A stretch of 64,000 nucleotides of DNA from Lama glama (lineage: Eukaryota). The translations under genes and the position numbers were made by a program. Under the pieces are notes generated by a model. That model had not been told where the DNA came from, did not search any database, and saw only the letters and a list, made by a program, of their open reading frames with translations. Positions 12,900 through 25,377 of the stretch are shown here, one piece after another. Numbering within the stretch: position 1 is the first letter of the stretch; each line of letters begins with the position of its first letter. The DNA lies in the NCBI GenBank assembly GCA_028534125.1, contig CM052817.1, positions 43,774,001 to 43,838,000 on the forward strand. Direction: 5' to 3'.

Positions 12900-13190
12900 C
12901 TGCACTCTTTGTCAAGAAACATGCTGGGGACTAGGAACAGAAAGATGAGTAAGATATAAACCTTACAGTCAAGGAGCTTACCATCTGGTCACTAAAATAC
13001 ATGACAGGTGCCACTCTTAAGTGTATGAACAAAGTGCCATAAGGGTAGAGGAAGAAGTGATTGATTTTGAAAGGGAAGGCTTCACAAGATGATATTTAAA
13101 CTGAGTCTTAAAGGACGAAAAGTTTTGAAGGACAAAGAGGATATTCTAGGCAGAAGGAGCAACATGAGGTAGTGTGAGAACAGATGGATC
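12900..13190 (-). mobile_element. L2 fragment
   Basis: caaggagcttac, ggaaggcttcac, tttaaactgagtcttaaagga, attctaggcagaagga. Confidence 0.7.
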
Positions 13191-13224
13191 AGATGACCAT
13201 GAGGCAGCTCACTTTATCTAGACC

Positions 13225-13560
13225 CAGGGCTGCAAACTCAAACACCTACTGTGCCCAGAGCAGGTAAAAACACACATGATTGAAGAGGACTGGCTATGAG
13301 TGCATATGCACACAGGACCTGCAGGGCACAAGCTGTGCAGACGTGGAGAGCACTGCTCCAGAGGAAAGGGGCAGAAGTCATTCAGCACTAACAGAATGTT
13401 ACACTGAAGGCTTTGGGGCCAGTTTTATCAGAACTCTTGACTTGTCAAGAATAACTAGAAATCTAAATTTCTATGTGATATCATCCAGTTTTTAAATGCT
13501 GATTCAATGAAACAAGTCTGGGGATCAAATTCAGCCTGTAGGCTGCCAATTTATAACTCT
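13225..13560 (-). mobile_element. MER102-like hAT-Charlie element
   Basis: Begins cagggctgcaaactcaaacacctac and ends ttcagcctgtaggctgccaattt; internal aatctaaatttctatgtgatatc. Confidence 0.75.
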
Positions 13561-13770
13561 AGACTTTAAGTTGCATTACTAAAAATAACAGGAAGTGCTG
13601 AATTTGAACTTCATATAATGATTTGAGACTCCACAGCAGAAAGATCTGAACGTAAAGCTAAAGATTTTAGAATACATTCTGTCAACAATGAGAAGCTACT
13701 TCATGCTTTTAAGCAGACAAATGGTATTACTGGTCTATGTTTTAGAGAATTTTAAAGAATGGGTGTAAAA

Positions 13771-13992
13771 CAAGAGTTGGCAAACCTTTTCTGTAAATGG
13801 TCAGACAGTGAACATTTTGGGCTTTGCCAGCTAAACGGTCACTGTTGCAAATACTCAGTTCTGCTGGTGGTGCAGAAGTCGTCACAGACAATACACAGAT
13901 GAATGACTACAGCTGTGTTCCAACAAAACTCTACTTACAAAAACAGATGGAGAGCTGGAAGTGGCCCATAGGCCACAGTTTGCAGACCCCTG
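13771..13992 (+). mobile_element. MER58A DNA transposon
   Basis: TIRs caagagttggcaaac / gtttgcagacccctg; internal gctgtgttccaacaaaactctacttacaaaaacag. Confidence 0.9.
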
Positions 13993-15300
13993 GTCTGGAA
14001 GACAGACCAAAGGATGTCTGAGAAAATGAATGGGCAAAAGTAATCATTAATTTTTGCTTGAGCATAAAAGATTTTCGTTTTGTTTTGTTTAACAGAAAGC
14101 TCTGTTGGGTACCGATAAGACTATGGTATCCTATAATGCATCCACTATGCAAAGGAGGCAAAAAAAAAAAAGTTTTGTCAAGCTAAGAATTGTACTACCA
14201 TTTAAAATAAAAGTAGGAAAATGCTTAGCAATCGTTGTCAACCATGTCATAAAATTAAAATATGCACTTGAAACAAGGTGTTACATGGGGCTTTTCTGGA
14301 AGTTTCTTCAGGACTGATGACCAGGGCCTAAATCTAAAAACAAAAGAGCCACTTAGTACCCTATATTTTAAAGAAAGATGCCAACAATTAAGGCCACCAA
14401 AAAGTTCTCACCATAATTAACAACCCTCCTAAGTAGAAGAAGGCCAAGAGGAAGGCTCTAAGAGGCTCCTGTGTCGAGACTGGGGTTCCCGCCAACAGAC
14501 GAGACTGGCTGGTTGAACATATGCTTAAAGGACATCAAATAACAGCTGGCCAGAGAAGCATCAACAACCAAAGAGGGGACCACAGATGTGGGCAGATAAG
14601 GAGGGGCAGCTGCCTCTTCTCCCTTATTCCCTTGGTTAAGCGGAGGGGTTAAGCCTGGAACAGGGATTCGGGTGAGGTATTTAGAACGGAATCATTTCAT
14701 TTCAGCATTCTATGGTCTAGAGTGGGAGAAAGTGTAAACGAAACCATAATAAGACCTCCCCACTTCAGATCACAAGCCACAAACGCCTGGTTCCAAACTG
14801 GACAGAAAATCTTTGGATGCGAGACTGGAGTTTTGAATTGGATCAGGCTGCACTTTTAATTACTGACAGTTACCGGAATTATGAGAACCACCTAATATGC
14901 CTGCGCATAACACAGAAGACAAATCATACACTGCACACTTTGGAATCAGGGAATGGAGAAGACTACTTCATGTTCATATCCCACTAAACTCAGACTTTTC
15001 AACAAAAAGTTGCACATTTATACACAGACTAGTCTGTGCATATGAGTTGTGAATTTGTGTTCATAGGAATGATATTTATAATAATCAGTTATTAGAAGCA
15101 ATCTATGAATGTCCCAAAAAAGGATTAAGGTTATATAAATTATGATATATCCACATGATACAGCTTAATATTAAAATAATACTTTGTACGAATTTTAATG
15201 ATTTGGGAAAATATTCAAGACAAAGTATTTAAGGAAAAAAAATACAAAACTCAATATATAGTATGATTGCAATTACCTAAACAAAAAAACACATGGATAG

Positions 15301-15481
15301 TGCCTTTGGCAATCTTCTCCCCTTTCCTAGAGCCCTAATGACCTGCCTGCCTCCTTAAAATTCATTTACTTCCCTCCCCTCAGGGAGAAGGTGTTTTTAG
15401 GGCTTAAGCCTTCCCTTCTCCTTTCCATGATCAATGAATAAGGTTTCTACTCTATACCAAGAAGAAGGGGAAAAAAAAAAA
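15301..15481 (+). mobile_element. Poly(A)-tailed LTR-like fragment inserted in an old L1M 3' end (host about 15060-15620)
   Basis: Pyrimidine-rich LTR-like segment, degenerate signal aataag at 15437, A-rich tail 15459-15481; L1M-like sequence resumes on both sides. Confidence 0.5.
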
Positions 15482-15809
15482 CAGCACAGAGAAAGAACAG
15501 TAGTGAAAAAGCACTAAAATTTACCAATGGCAATTTTTAAATAATTTTTTATTCTTACTTATGCTATCAGTATTTTTCAAATATTTTACTATTTGCATGT
15601 TATTACTTATTCATTTAAAAACTAGTTTAACTTTAGAAATTTTAAATTACAAAACCAGTCCATTAAGATGCTGTAAATGACAAGGCATACCTTATTTCTT
15701 TACATTTCCTTGAAACAAAATAAAAATCATTCTCACAATTGGTATTGAGGGATAGACACAAACCTCCACACCCTCACCAACACCAGCACCATGCATCCTA
15801 GCAAACTAA

Positions 15810-17100
15810 TTATGTTGTTCCAGTATATAACATTTTGAGATTACTCTCACTCAGGTTAGAGTACGTAACCTTTTGAGAGTGTCCTAAGTTGTTGCGTTGA
15901 TCTATAGTTTATACTCTTTTCATCACCGAGTAGTATTCCATTATATGGATGTACCAGAGGGGTTTTTTTAAAACACCACTCACACATAGAACAATAGCTG
16001 GGTTTTTCATCTTCTGATGATTATCAATACAGTTCCTATAAATATTTGTGTGAACAGTAAGTTTTGATTTGACTTTCAACTCTATAGGAGTAAAATTGGT
16101 GGGCCATACTAGTAAATGTATGTTTAGCTTTATAAGACAATAGCAAACTGTCTAGAAAAGCTGTACTACTTTGTATCCCTACCATCAATGTATGAGAGTT
16201 TTTCTGTAATCTTGCCATTATTTTTTAATTAAAGTATAGTTGATTTACAATGTTGTGTAATTTTCTGCACAATACTTCCTCCTCTCCTTCTGATACATCA
16301 ATGATACGAAACTTAAATCTTTGGTATTGTCCCATAGGGCCTTAATGCTCTTTTTTTCCTCTAATCTTTCATCTCTGTTTTTCAGATTGAATAATTTTTA
16401 TGATCGATCTTCAAGTTCTCTGACTCTCTCCTCTGTCACCTCCATTAATTTCAACCTCAGGAGTTAATAATACATAATTTTTATGAGGTCCCTTTCCTAA
16501 GTTGCCCCCTCTCCTTGATATCCCTAGTATTTTCTAGTTCCCTGGGGCTCTCCTTTTCGGCACTCTGCCCAGAAAGCTGAGGTTTTATTTACCCTATTTT
16601 GCCTCTTACTTTCTCCAAGTATTCCTGCAGTGAGGGCCAACTGGCAGGGAACAGAGAGAGAAAATAAAGAAAGGTGATATGCCCCCACCTCTCGTGACCA
16701 CAAATCCTCTAATCAGAAAGAAGGCCCCCCCTCTTCCTCAATTAGATACCTGTGTCCTCCTCTGCACCCACTGTCACTGCCATGGTCTCTGATTCCCAAG
16801 TCTGAAGCACAGAGCTTCTCCAAGAGCTTTCCCGGGACCCTCTCTGCCAGCACTGATGTCCAGTTCCTGGTTTTCTTCCAGGCCATGTGACAACACAAAC
16901 AGAAAAATGGCAAACTCGCCACCAGTTTGGTAGTATTTCAAATTCTGGTCTTCCCTAATTCGCCTGCTACTATTTACTTTTCAGAGTCTTAAATAGCTGC
17001 TCTGTGAATTTCATCCAGGTTTTATAACAGCAGCACTCATTGAGAGAGACAGGGTGTCATGTGATTATTACACCATCTCACTTGGAACTAGAACTTCCTA
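15810..17100 (-). mobile_element. Cluster of L1M fragments (3' end, a short younger L1 3' tip at ~16220-16270, ORF1/5' region)
   Basis: gagtagtattccattatatggatgtacc; aaagtatagttgatttacaatgttgtg; ttcagattgaataattttt..tcttcaagttctctgac. Confidence 0.7.
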
Positions 17101-17126
17101 GGCTTATGTTTCACATATTTATATTT

Positions 17127-17305
17127 TAGAGTTGGCAAACTTCTTCTGTAAAGAACCAGAGAGTAAATATCTTAGGCTTAAAGGGCCACATATGAATTTC
17201 TGCTGCATATTCTTTTTTTATACAACCTTTTAAAAGACCATTCTAAGCTCACAGGTGGCAGGTGGTACAAGAACAGTTCATAGAGCCACTGTTTGCCAAC
17301 CCCTG
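17127..17305 (+). mobile_element. MER58-family element
   Basis: gagttggcaaacttcttctgtaaag..gtttgccaacccctg. Confidence 0.8.
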
Positions 17306-19834
17306 CAATACATTATTTGTCCCCAAATATATGAAAATTTATGCAAAGACAAGTTGTGGCATGACTTCTGCATTGTATCACTTTAACAAATGAGTATCTT
17401 AGACCAAAATCCAGAGTGCTGTTACGCAGAAGCAGCCTTCATCATTGCTCATGATAAAGCTATTTGGAAAGTGCTTAATTTTGTGTTTATATCTAATATA
17501 TTTAATAATTCATAATAGAGTATTACAGATACTTTATTATCTACTATAAATACTATATTACTACATGTTATTATTTGTTTAGAAATAACACTAATGAAAA
17601 TCACGGAATTATTTTTCAGATTAACTCAATTTCTTCTGCAGGATTTGGATAAAGACAGAATGCAGTAACAGCTATCATACTTATCACTGGTTTCTGAAAT
17701 AAAGCTAACAAAAGAAAGCTGTGTGTGCAGTATACTGACAACTACTTATTAACAAATGGATTGACAAAGGAAAGGAAGTCAGTTTACTCCCCTATTACAT
17801 GTTATGCCACACTCATATTTTTTATTATCATGTGTTATTCTATTAACCAATGATCACTACACTGTTTAGGTAATGCAATGAATTAAAAAGAAAAGTTATT
17901 GGTTTCTCTCAAATGGTATGGTTTTTCTTATGCTACTATTTATATCTGATAGAAGGGGAGAGTCATACTTCTTAGTCTGAAAAGTTCTGAGATATTATCA
18001 TCTGATTTCACAACAGTATAGATAGAAAAACTGCAAATGATAATAAACTATTTTTGATTCTAATATTCCTACTGATAAGAACACGGATAAAAATCCATCC
18101 AAAGGATGTAACTTAAAATACTACAAGGACTATTCATTCGAGTTAAGTAAACATCTCTCATGATAAAGCATCAAGCAAATTGCTGGCACATACTGGGTCT
18201 TGGATAAATATTATTTTCTCCTTTCTTATTCTCTTGGAAATCTAAGATCTACTGCCAATCAACTTCCTTTATTTTTAACGAGAACTAAAACATACAGAAT
18301 TTGACTTTTACATTCTACATTTTATCTTCTACTTTTTAATTTCTTTATCTATGACACAGTATATTGTAGCACACCAAAAATAATGCAACCAAAGAAAAGT
18401 TAATCATCAACTAGAAGAAATGGAGGAAAGGAGGAGGGGAAATGGCAGTAAGCCATGAGCCAATGAGCTGCTGTCTTGTATCCAACTATTGTTTGTATCT
18501 AATTGATTTAAGCAATATTTCTTGCTTGCCACTTTTGAAACTTACGGACCCAGATGCCTCAAAATAAGCCTTTAATTTCCATGTACTATACTACCCACAT
18601 CTTGTTGTTTACCTGAACTCCAACACATTCACTTTTCCTGTTCTAACATGTTCACTAAAACTGAAGGCTCTGATTTCAACACACGATTTTACTATGTTTA
18701 TATTCCCTTGCCCTAAACTTGTTTATTTTTGTTACCGTGTACTTCATTTTTTATTACCTGCCAAGTTGACAACATTCTTGCCACAAAACAATTCACTATT
18801 ACACAAGCAAAACATAGTGATACACATCTATAATTGAACCAAGTCTACAACTTTAAAAAGAAGGGTGGGGGAAAAAAGCAGATCAAAGACATTGTCTTTA
18901 TATTAAGTATGTCAAAAATGCAAGTATATCTGAAACCCAGATAAGAAACACTAGTTAAATCAGATCCTGGCATGTTTCAGTATAAACAAAATTCTGGGCT
19001 GTCCTATCCTCTTTTTTCCTTTTTAGAAAATAAGCTTAGATGTGATTTGCCAATAGCATTACTATTTTTAAGTCTTCAAAATCTGGATATTTATACCATT
19101 ATAAAAGGGCTACAGTTGTCTTTCCTTTAATGCTATGATAACCATTCATGTCAAAGATAGGCTATTAAATTACTTTTAAAAGAGGTTCTTCAAAACTTCA
19201 ATCATATTTAGTGAAGTTTTTAAGTCTTCCTCAACCCAAATTATTCAAGATTTTATGTTCTAATTACATACTAATAAATTAAAAGAACAGAAATAGCAAT
19301 CATTTCTAAATTAGAACAGTGGCATACATATTTTGAAAGTACACTGTTTCTCCAGAATACTCTTACTTAATTTTACAGAATACTAGTGGAAACCTGTCCT
19401 GTGATATAAAAAATAAATAGGAAGACCAGGACCCTACTTACAGGAGATATCAATGTTTCATAATAAACTTACTGGTGCCACTAATTTGGAATTAGTAATA
19501 ATTCAAAGACTGTCAAATGTGTTTAAAAAGTTTTATGATATAATAAATAAATAATACAGATAAGATTATAAGAAAATTTTTAAACATCTTTAGAGAACAT
19601 TTATGTTAAAAACACTTTAATATAAACAACTTACTTGTTAATTACACAGCATTATTAACTGAGGCAGAATCTATCAAGCAATATTTTCGATTAGATACTC
19701 TGTTATCAAAATTAATTTGTTGCATGTCATTGGAAAACTTTTCTGTGGTATGCACTTCCAACTAATTCATACTAATTTTCCCATAAATTCAACTGTATTT
19801 TTCATGTCTTTCTAACATGTAAGTGGACAAACAA

Positions 19835-19980
19835 GGAGGGAGAGAAGGAGTAGAAAAGACAAAAAAAAAAAAGAGAGAGAGAGATGGGAAAAAAATAGAA
19901 AGGAAACACTTCAAAGAGCTATTAAAAGAATTAAAAAAAGAAAGAAAGAAAAGAAAAAGACAGGGGAAGGAAAAGGGGAG
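19835..19980 (+). repeat. Purine-rich (GA/A) low-complexity tract
   Basis: Runs of ggga, aaaag and gaaa; gives rise to spurious Lys/Glu-rich ORF 19823..20149. Confidence 0.8.
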
Positions 19981-21164
19981 CCTGAAAACGATCATCAAGA
20001 ACAAACCACAAATTTTAACAATTATTTTAAAATTGTGTCAAACAATTCTTATCAAAGTACCAGAAATGAACAACTATCACTCCATCCAGAAATTGAAAGA
20101 AAAGAATAAAACCACCATGAATGTTCAAATGGGAAGGAAAATATTATAAAGCTGCCTAAAAGCTTACCTATTATTACTATTCTTGAACCAAGCCTCAATC
20201 TAATCTCCTACTGCCTAGAGGGTGAGGACTGATGGCCAGAGTTGTGGGAGCCAAGTCAGGGAAGAGGAGTGGATGGGGAAGAGGGAAAGGTTTTCCATCT
20301 TTCTGTGTACACACACATATTCACTTAGTCTCTCTCTTTCCAATTCTCTCAACCCCTGATCTCCTCTAGTAAGAGACTCTGTTTTAATCTTTCCCGTCAT
20401 CTGCTAGCATGGGAAAGTGCAGTTTCTCAGTGTCATGAAATATGTAAAAATTTTCTATAGTCTTCAATGAATTCTCCCTATTTCAGAGTGTTCTTGCCTC
20501 CATCCCCCCACATACCATTAACACTCAATTTCAGAAGTACTTAGAGCCAGATCCTGAGACTTTTTAAAGATTCTGAAGTGTAGATTATATTAATTTTTTG
20601 GCTTTCTCCATTGCTGACTTAGGATTTGACATTTTCTAATCAGTTACCACCTGGAAGCCTCAGAACACATGTTATTTTCAAGAGTCCATGGGATACTTGA
20701 AAAAAGAATATTAATGTTACACATAAGTCACAATTAAAGTCTCAAGAAATTTTTTTAAAGTAGAAACTAAAAAGGATGCATTCTTCAACCATAATACAGT
20801 CAAAGTTTAATAAAACCTTAGAGTCAAAAAAGGTTCCAAATTTTGAAATACTCTCCCTAAGAATAAAAAATTCCATGACAGATTATTGAGAAAATAATGA
20901 CAAGGAAACTAAATATCAAACATATAATTAGAGGTAAATTCACAAATTTAAACCCTTTCATTATTAAAAAAAATTTACAAATCTCATTAAAAACTTAGAA
21001 AATGAGAAAACAATCCAGAAAAAAACCTCAAGATAACAGAATAAAGAAAAACAGCAAATCAGTAATTTATGAATAGAAAAAAGTAGCAATAAATAAATTC
21101 TATAAGCTATGCTAAAAAACAAAAGTACTTTAAAAAACATATATAGAAGAATGTCCTACTTGTA

Positions 21165-21385
21165 GGCTATGCCTGTGAAAATATTTAGGGGTAAAGCATT
21201 ATGATGTCTGCAACTTAATTTTAAGTGGTTCAGAAAATATGGAACATCTAATTTTCTCTAAGCAAACCACTTAGTAGTTTTTCTGAGCAAATGTGACAAA
21301 ATTGGTGAATCTAAGTGATGAGTATATAGGTGTCCATTATACTATTCTTTCAACTTTCTCATTCATTTAAAATTTTAAAAAAGTG
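21165..21385 (+). mobile_element. L1MC/MD-like 3' end
   Basis: atttaggggtaaag..atgatgtctgcaactta..ggtgaatcta..cattatactattctttcaactttct. Confidence 0.7.
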
Positions 21386-23787
21386 AGGAAAAAGATATGC
21401 CAACATTGAGAGTATTTGCAAATAAGAGCTTAACTAAGTTATTAAGCAATAAACTCCAAGATAATATGTGATATTTCATTGTTTTCTTACTTGAAATGTT
21501 ATGAATATTTAGATATTCTTTTCTAAAGTGCTATGAATGCAAAGAATCCCCAATACTCTAAGATACAATGAAGAGAAATCACCAAGAGTCCTGACTTTAT
21601 GGTTTTCAGAAAATATTATGGTGAGAAGTCATTTTTAAAAGCCTCACTTGTATGTACATGTACACTTGAAAAGAACTGCTTTGAAGTGAAAAATTAAAAC
21701 AGAAAAAAAAGTTGATTGGAAATATAGCAGGTCCTCACTAAACATTGTTTTGAAAGCTAAACACTTTTTTATGAAGTGCAGAAAATCCCATCAAGTTGCT
21801 GTGCTGACACCAAAGCACTTATAAAGGGGCCAAAACTACAAAGAATGATCTGAAACTATGTAGATTTTATATAGTACAATGCACCCTTCAAAAGGTCCAG
21901 TGTACATTATAACAGAAATCTGTTTTTAGCCTCATACTTTATCTAATTTAATTAACCCCAAAAGATTTTCAGGTTAGAAATGATTTGAAAATCAAAGTCT
22001 AAAGCCCATGAAAACTACAGTATTTCTACATATGTGAGAGTCTATTGAACTAGATTCAGACTTAAGTTAGCTAGTTGCTACTTGAAAAACACATATACAG
22101 AAACATGGGTCAGTTTTTATAGACTCTTTTATAAGTGTATATAGTAAGCCATGAGAGTCATAATTTATTATGTGAAATACTATGATAGGTTAAATAAACC
22201 AAATGCACACATCCCTAATTTTCCTTTAAACTATGGCTCATGTCCTCTCTTCTTGATAAATGCTTCCTCCTGCAAGTCCTACTGTGCCCAATTTTACAGC
22301 TCCAGTAAATTTTTTCCAAGTGAAAAGTTGTATCTCTTGATTGCCACCACTCTCAGCAAGTGAAACCTAACTATAACACTATCACATTTGTTTGTTTTTT
22401 AAATAGGTGAGGCAATAAACATTAACAAGTCAAAGGACGAAGAGAGAGAACATTTTAGGTTTTGACAAATATAAAGGTATTATGTGTGCCTCTGTAAAAT
22501 GGGAAAATCAATATTAATATAAAACCAGAAAGAACTTTAACCTTATAATAAAAGACAAGTTAAAAATCAACAATGGGACTGGTTTACAATAAAATTTACA
22601 AGTGATCTAGAAAAGTAGGCTAGAGGCCAAGATTCTTAAGTCAAACACAGAATCTATCAGTGAGAAAAAACAAAGCATGTTTCTGAGAGCCTCATAGCTA
22701 GCAAAAAATGGATTTGTGGTATGTTGTAAAATACTAACAGACACCCTTTGAAAATTACTTCAAAGTCTTTATTCTGGCAGGTTTATGCTATAATATCTGG
22801 ACACAGTTTAATTTTTTTCTTTAATGTCAAAATATACACCTGACCTAGCATTCCTATAATGAATAAAGGGTAAGATTTTTACTTCTGACTCTAATTTTGT
22901 GAAATCCCAGGAATTAAAATTTACACTTTCCATATTACTCCATAAGGATTGTTTGAAAGGTTTAAAGTTTCACAAAATACTGATTCACTAAATATTACAT
23001 AATGTCTTTTAATAATTTATAACTAATCTTTAATTGGTAGTAGCTTCTGTTTATTTATATATTTGCATATTCATTCATTACATAATTATTTATTGATTAT
23101 CTACTCTTTGCCAGGAAATTCCAGGAATTGGGGATACAGTAATAAATAAAATGGACAAAGATTCCCACCTTTTATTTTCTTATTCTTTTAGGTTTCTTGA
23201 TTCCTCCCTGCTCAGCCGTGGCAAAATCTTAATTGTCTCTCAAATCCATCCCCTCTTCTTTTAAATAATTAAAGTTTTAGTGGGGCACAAGGGGACCCAG
23301 CTAGACACTACGTGGCACAGACCTTTAGCTAAACCATGTGACTAATCTCTGGACTGTGGGATGGAGTAGAAGTGATGAGGGCAAAATGGTCCACATGCTT
23401 GAAAAAACTGATGCATCTCTGAAGATACACACATTACATTAGTGGAAAAGAAAGATACAGAACAGTGTATGTGGCACATTGTGTACCTAAATGCATTTTG
23501 TTAAGGGTGTTTATGTTTATGCTGTAATATTTCTATTACAAAATAAAACTATTAATAGGAGTCCCATGAAAAAACAATTACAGAGAGAAGGGTTTTAGTG
23601 TTTCCTCATATATTTTTGTAAAATGCTTGAATTTAATAAAGTGAATACATTAAATTTAAAATATTTAAATGTCAACATTTACATAGGTAGCATAATTATG
23701 ACTATTATATTGTCTTCTACATAATAAACTCTGATAAATCATTTTAAAACTATCTAATTACTATTAGAAATTAAAGTGCTACTTAGA

Positions 23788-24023
23788 GGGGTGGGAAGGG
23801 ATAAATTTGGGACTGAAATTTGCAAATATCAGCCACTATATATAAAAACAGATTTAAAAAAATTTCTTCTGTATAGCACAGGGAACTATATTCAATATCT
23901 TGTAATAATCTTTAATGAAAAAGAATATGAAAGTGAATGTATATATGTATATGCATGACTGGGACATTGTGCTGTACACCAGAAATTGACACACTGTAAC
24001 TGACTATACTTCAGTTTTTTAAA
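23788..24023 (+). mobile_element. 5'-truncated lineage-specific L1 3' end with 15-bp TSD
   Basis: TSD aaagtgctacttaga (23773-23787) / aaagtgctatttaga (24024-24038) at a tt/aaa site; motif gtatagcacagggaactatattcaatatcttg. Confidence 0.92.
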
Positions 24024-24847
24024 AAAGTGCTATTTAGAACATATACACTGGACAGGTACATATAATGTCTCAACTTCATTTTTTGAGTATCTACCTTAGT
24101 TTCATTTCTATTTCATAGAAAGAGTCATAATTTTTTTAAAAAGTTAGGGTCCAGCTGAAGAAATTTGCTTTTCCTCCCTGTAAATCTTTATTTTTAGTTT
24201 TGTGCTTTAAGATGTTTCCCTTGAATCTGATCACTCACCAACCTACTTTTATCCCAACCAACTTATTCTTCATGCTAAGAGAAAATAAATGGTGACTACA
24301 TGATAGCAATATAAGAGACTGAGAATTAAATATTCCAGTAACAGTGTTCTTTCAGCATGATGTTCAACATTATCATCTGAATGACATTTTCACTGACATG
24401 AGTATTTGATCTGATGGTACATACAGACACAACCAATTTTATGAATATGTAAACCATTGGGACAAATGATAGGAAAGATTAAGAATGAAACTAATTTACC
24501 TGCAAGTAATGCTGACAAATGTTCTGATACACAAAGGCATTAATTAGTGGCTGAGTTCTAATACCCAAGATGTTAATCCTCAAGTCAGATAATTAAGAAA
24601 GATCATTCAACTGATTGTATTTATCACTTTGATACAGAAGGAAAACCAGCTTAAACTATTAAAAATCAATTTCACATTACAGCATCATTAGAACTAGACC
24701 CTGAAGCAATGTGGCAGTACAGACGCTGCAGAATTGTAACAAGGAAAATCCAGATGATTTAACTAAAGTAAGATAGTCTCTCCTGTTCAAGCAAACAAAA
24801 ACACAAAATTAACACATTTTGCTCTCCCCAAAAACACCTCTCTAGAT

Positions 24848-25046
24848 TTGGAGTCAGCAAGCTTTTTCTCTAAAGATCCAGCTAGTAAATATTTTATGCT
24901 TTGCAGGCCACATACGATCTCTGCAAATTTTTGTTTGCTTCATTTTTTACAACCATGTGAAACTGTAAAGACCATTCCTAGGTCAACGACTGTAAAAATG
25001 AGCCACAAACTGGATTTGGCCCATGGGCCAGAGTCTGTTGGCCCTG
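24848..25046 (+). mobile_element. MER58-family element with 8-bp TSD
   Basis: Perfect TSD ctctagat at 24840-24847 and 25047-25054; internal gtaaatattttatgctttgcaggccacatac and ggatttggcccatgggcc. Confidence 0.85.
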
Positions 25047-25377
25047 CTCTAGATAGACCCGTTTTATCCAAAATGAGGAGGACCTCAAGTGGGCAATGAT
25101 GACGTCAGTGCCCTTTCATCTGCAGACTCATTCTAAACTCAACTAGCAAAAACAACAATAACAGCAAGATTACACCTTTAGTATCTTCAACTGTAAAGTA
25201 ACATCACTCATGAAAATCTCAAACTTTTAAGGAAGATATATTACTTTGCTTTGAAACCTCTATTAAAAATCTGTTACCTCTGACAATTATATTTTTATGA
25301 AATAGTTGTATTATATACAACTGTAAACATATTTTTATACTTTTTCAAACATATACAGAGATATACTTGATGCTACA

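Noticed and set aside
19690..19820. Possible hAT transposase coding remnant on the minus strand
   Set aside because: Resemblance too weak to support without a profile search.
19823..20149. 108-aa Lys/Glu-rich ORF
   Set aside because: Translation of a purine-rich low-complexity tract.
24357..24413. C/D snoRNA-like pattern (atgatgt..ctga..ctga) on the plus strand
   Set aside because: Imperfect C box, weak terminal stem, antisense to the host gene, and no recognisable rRNA guide.
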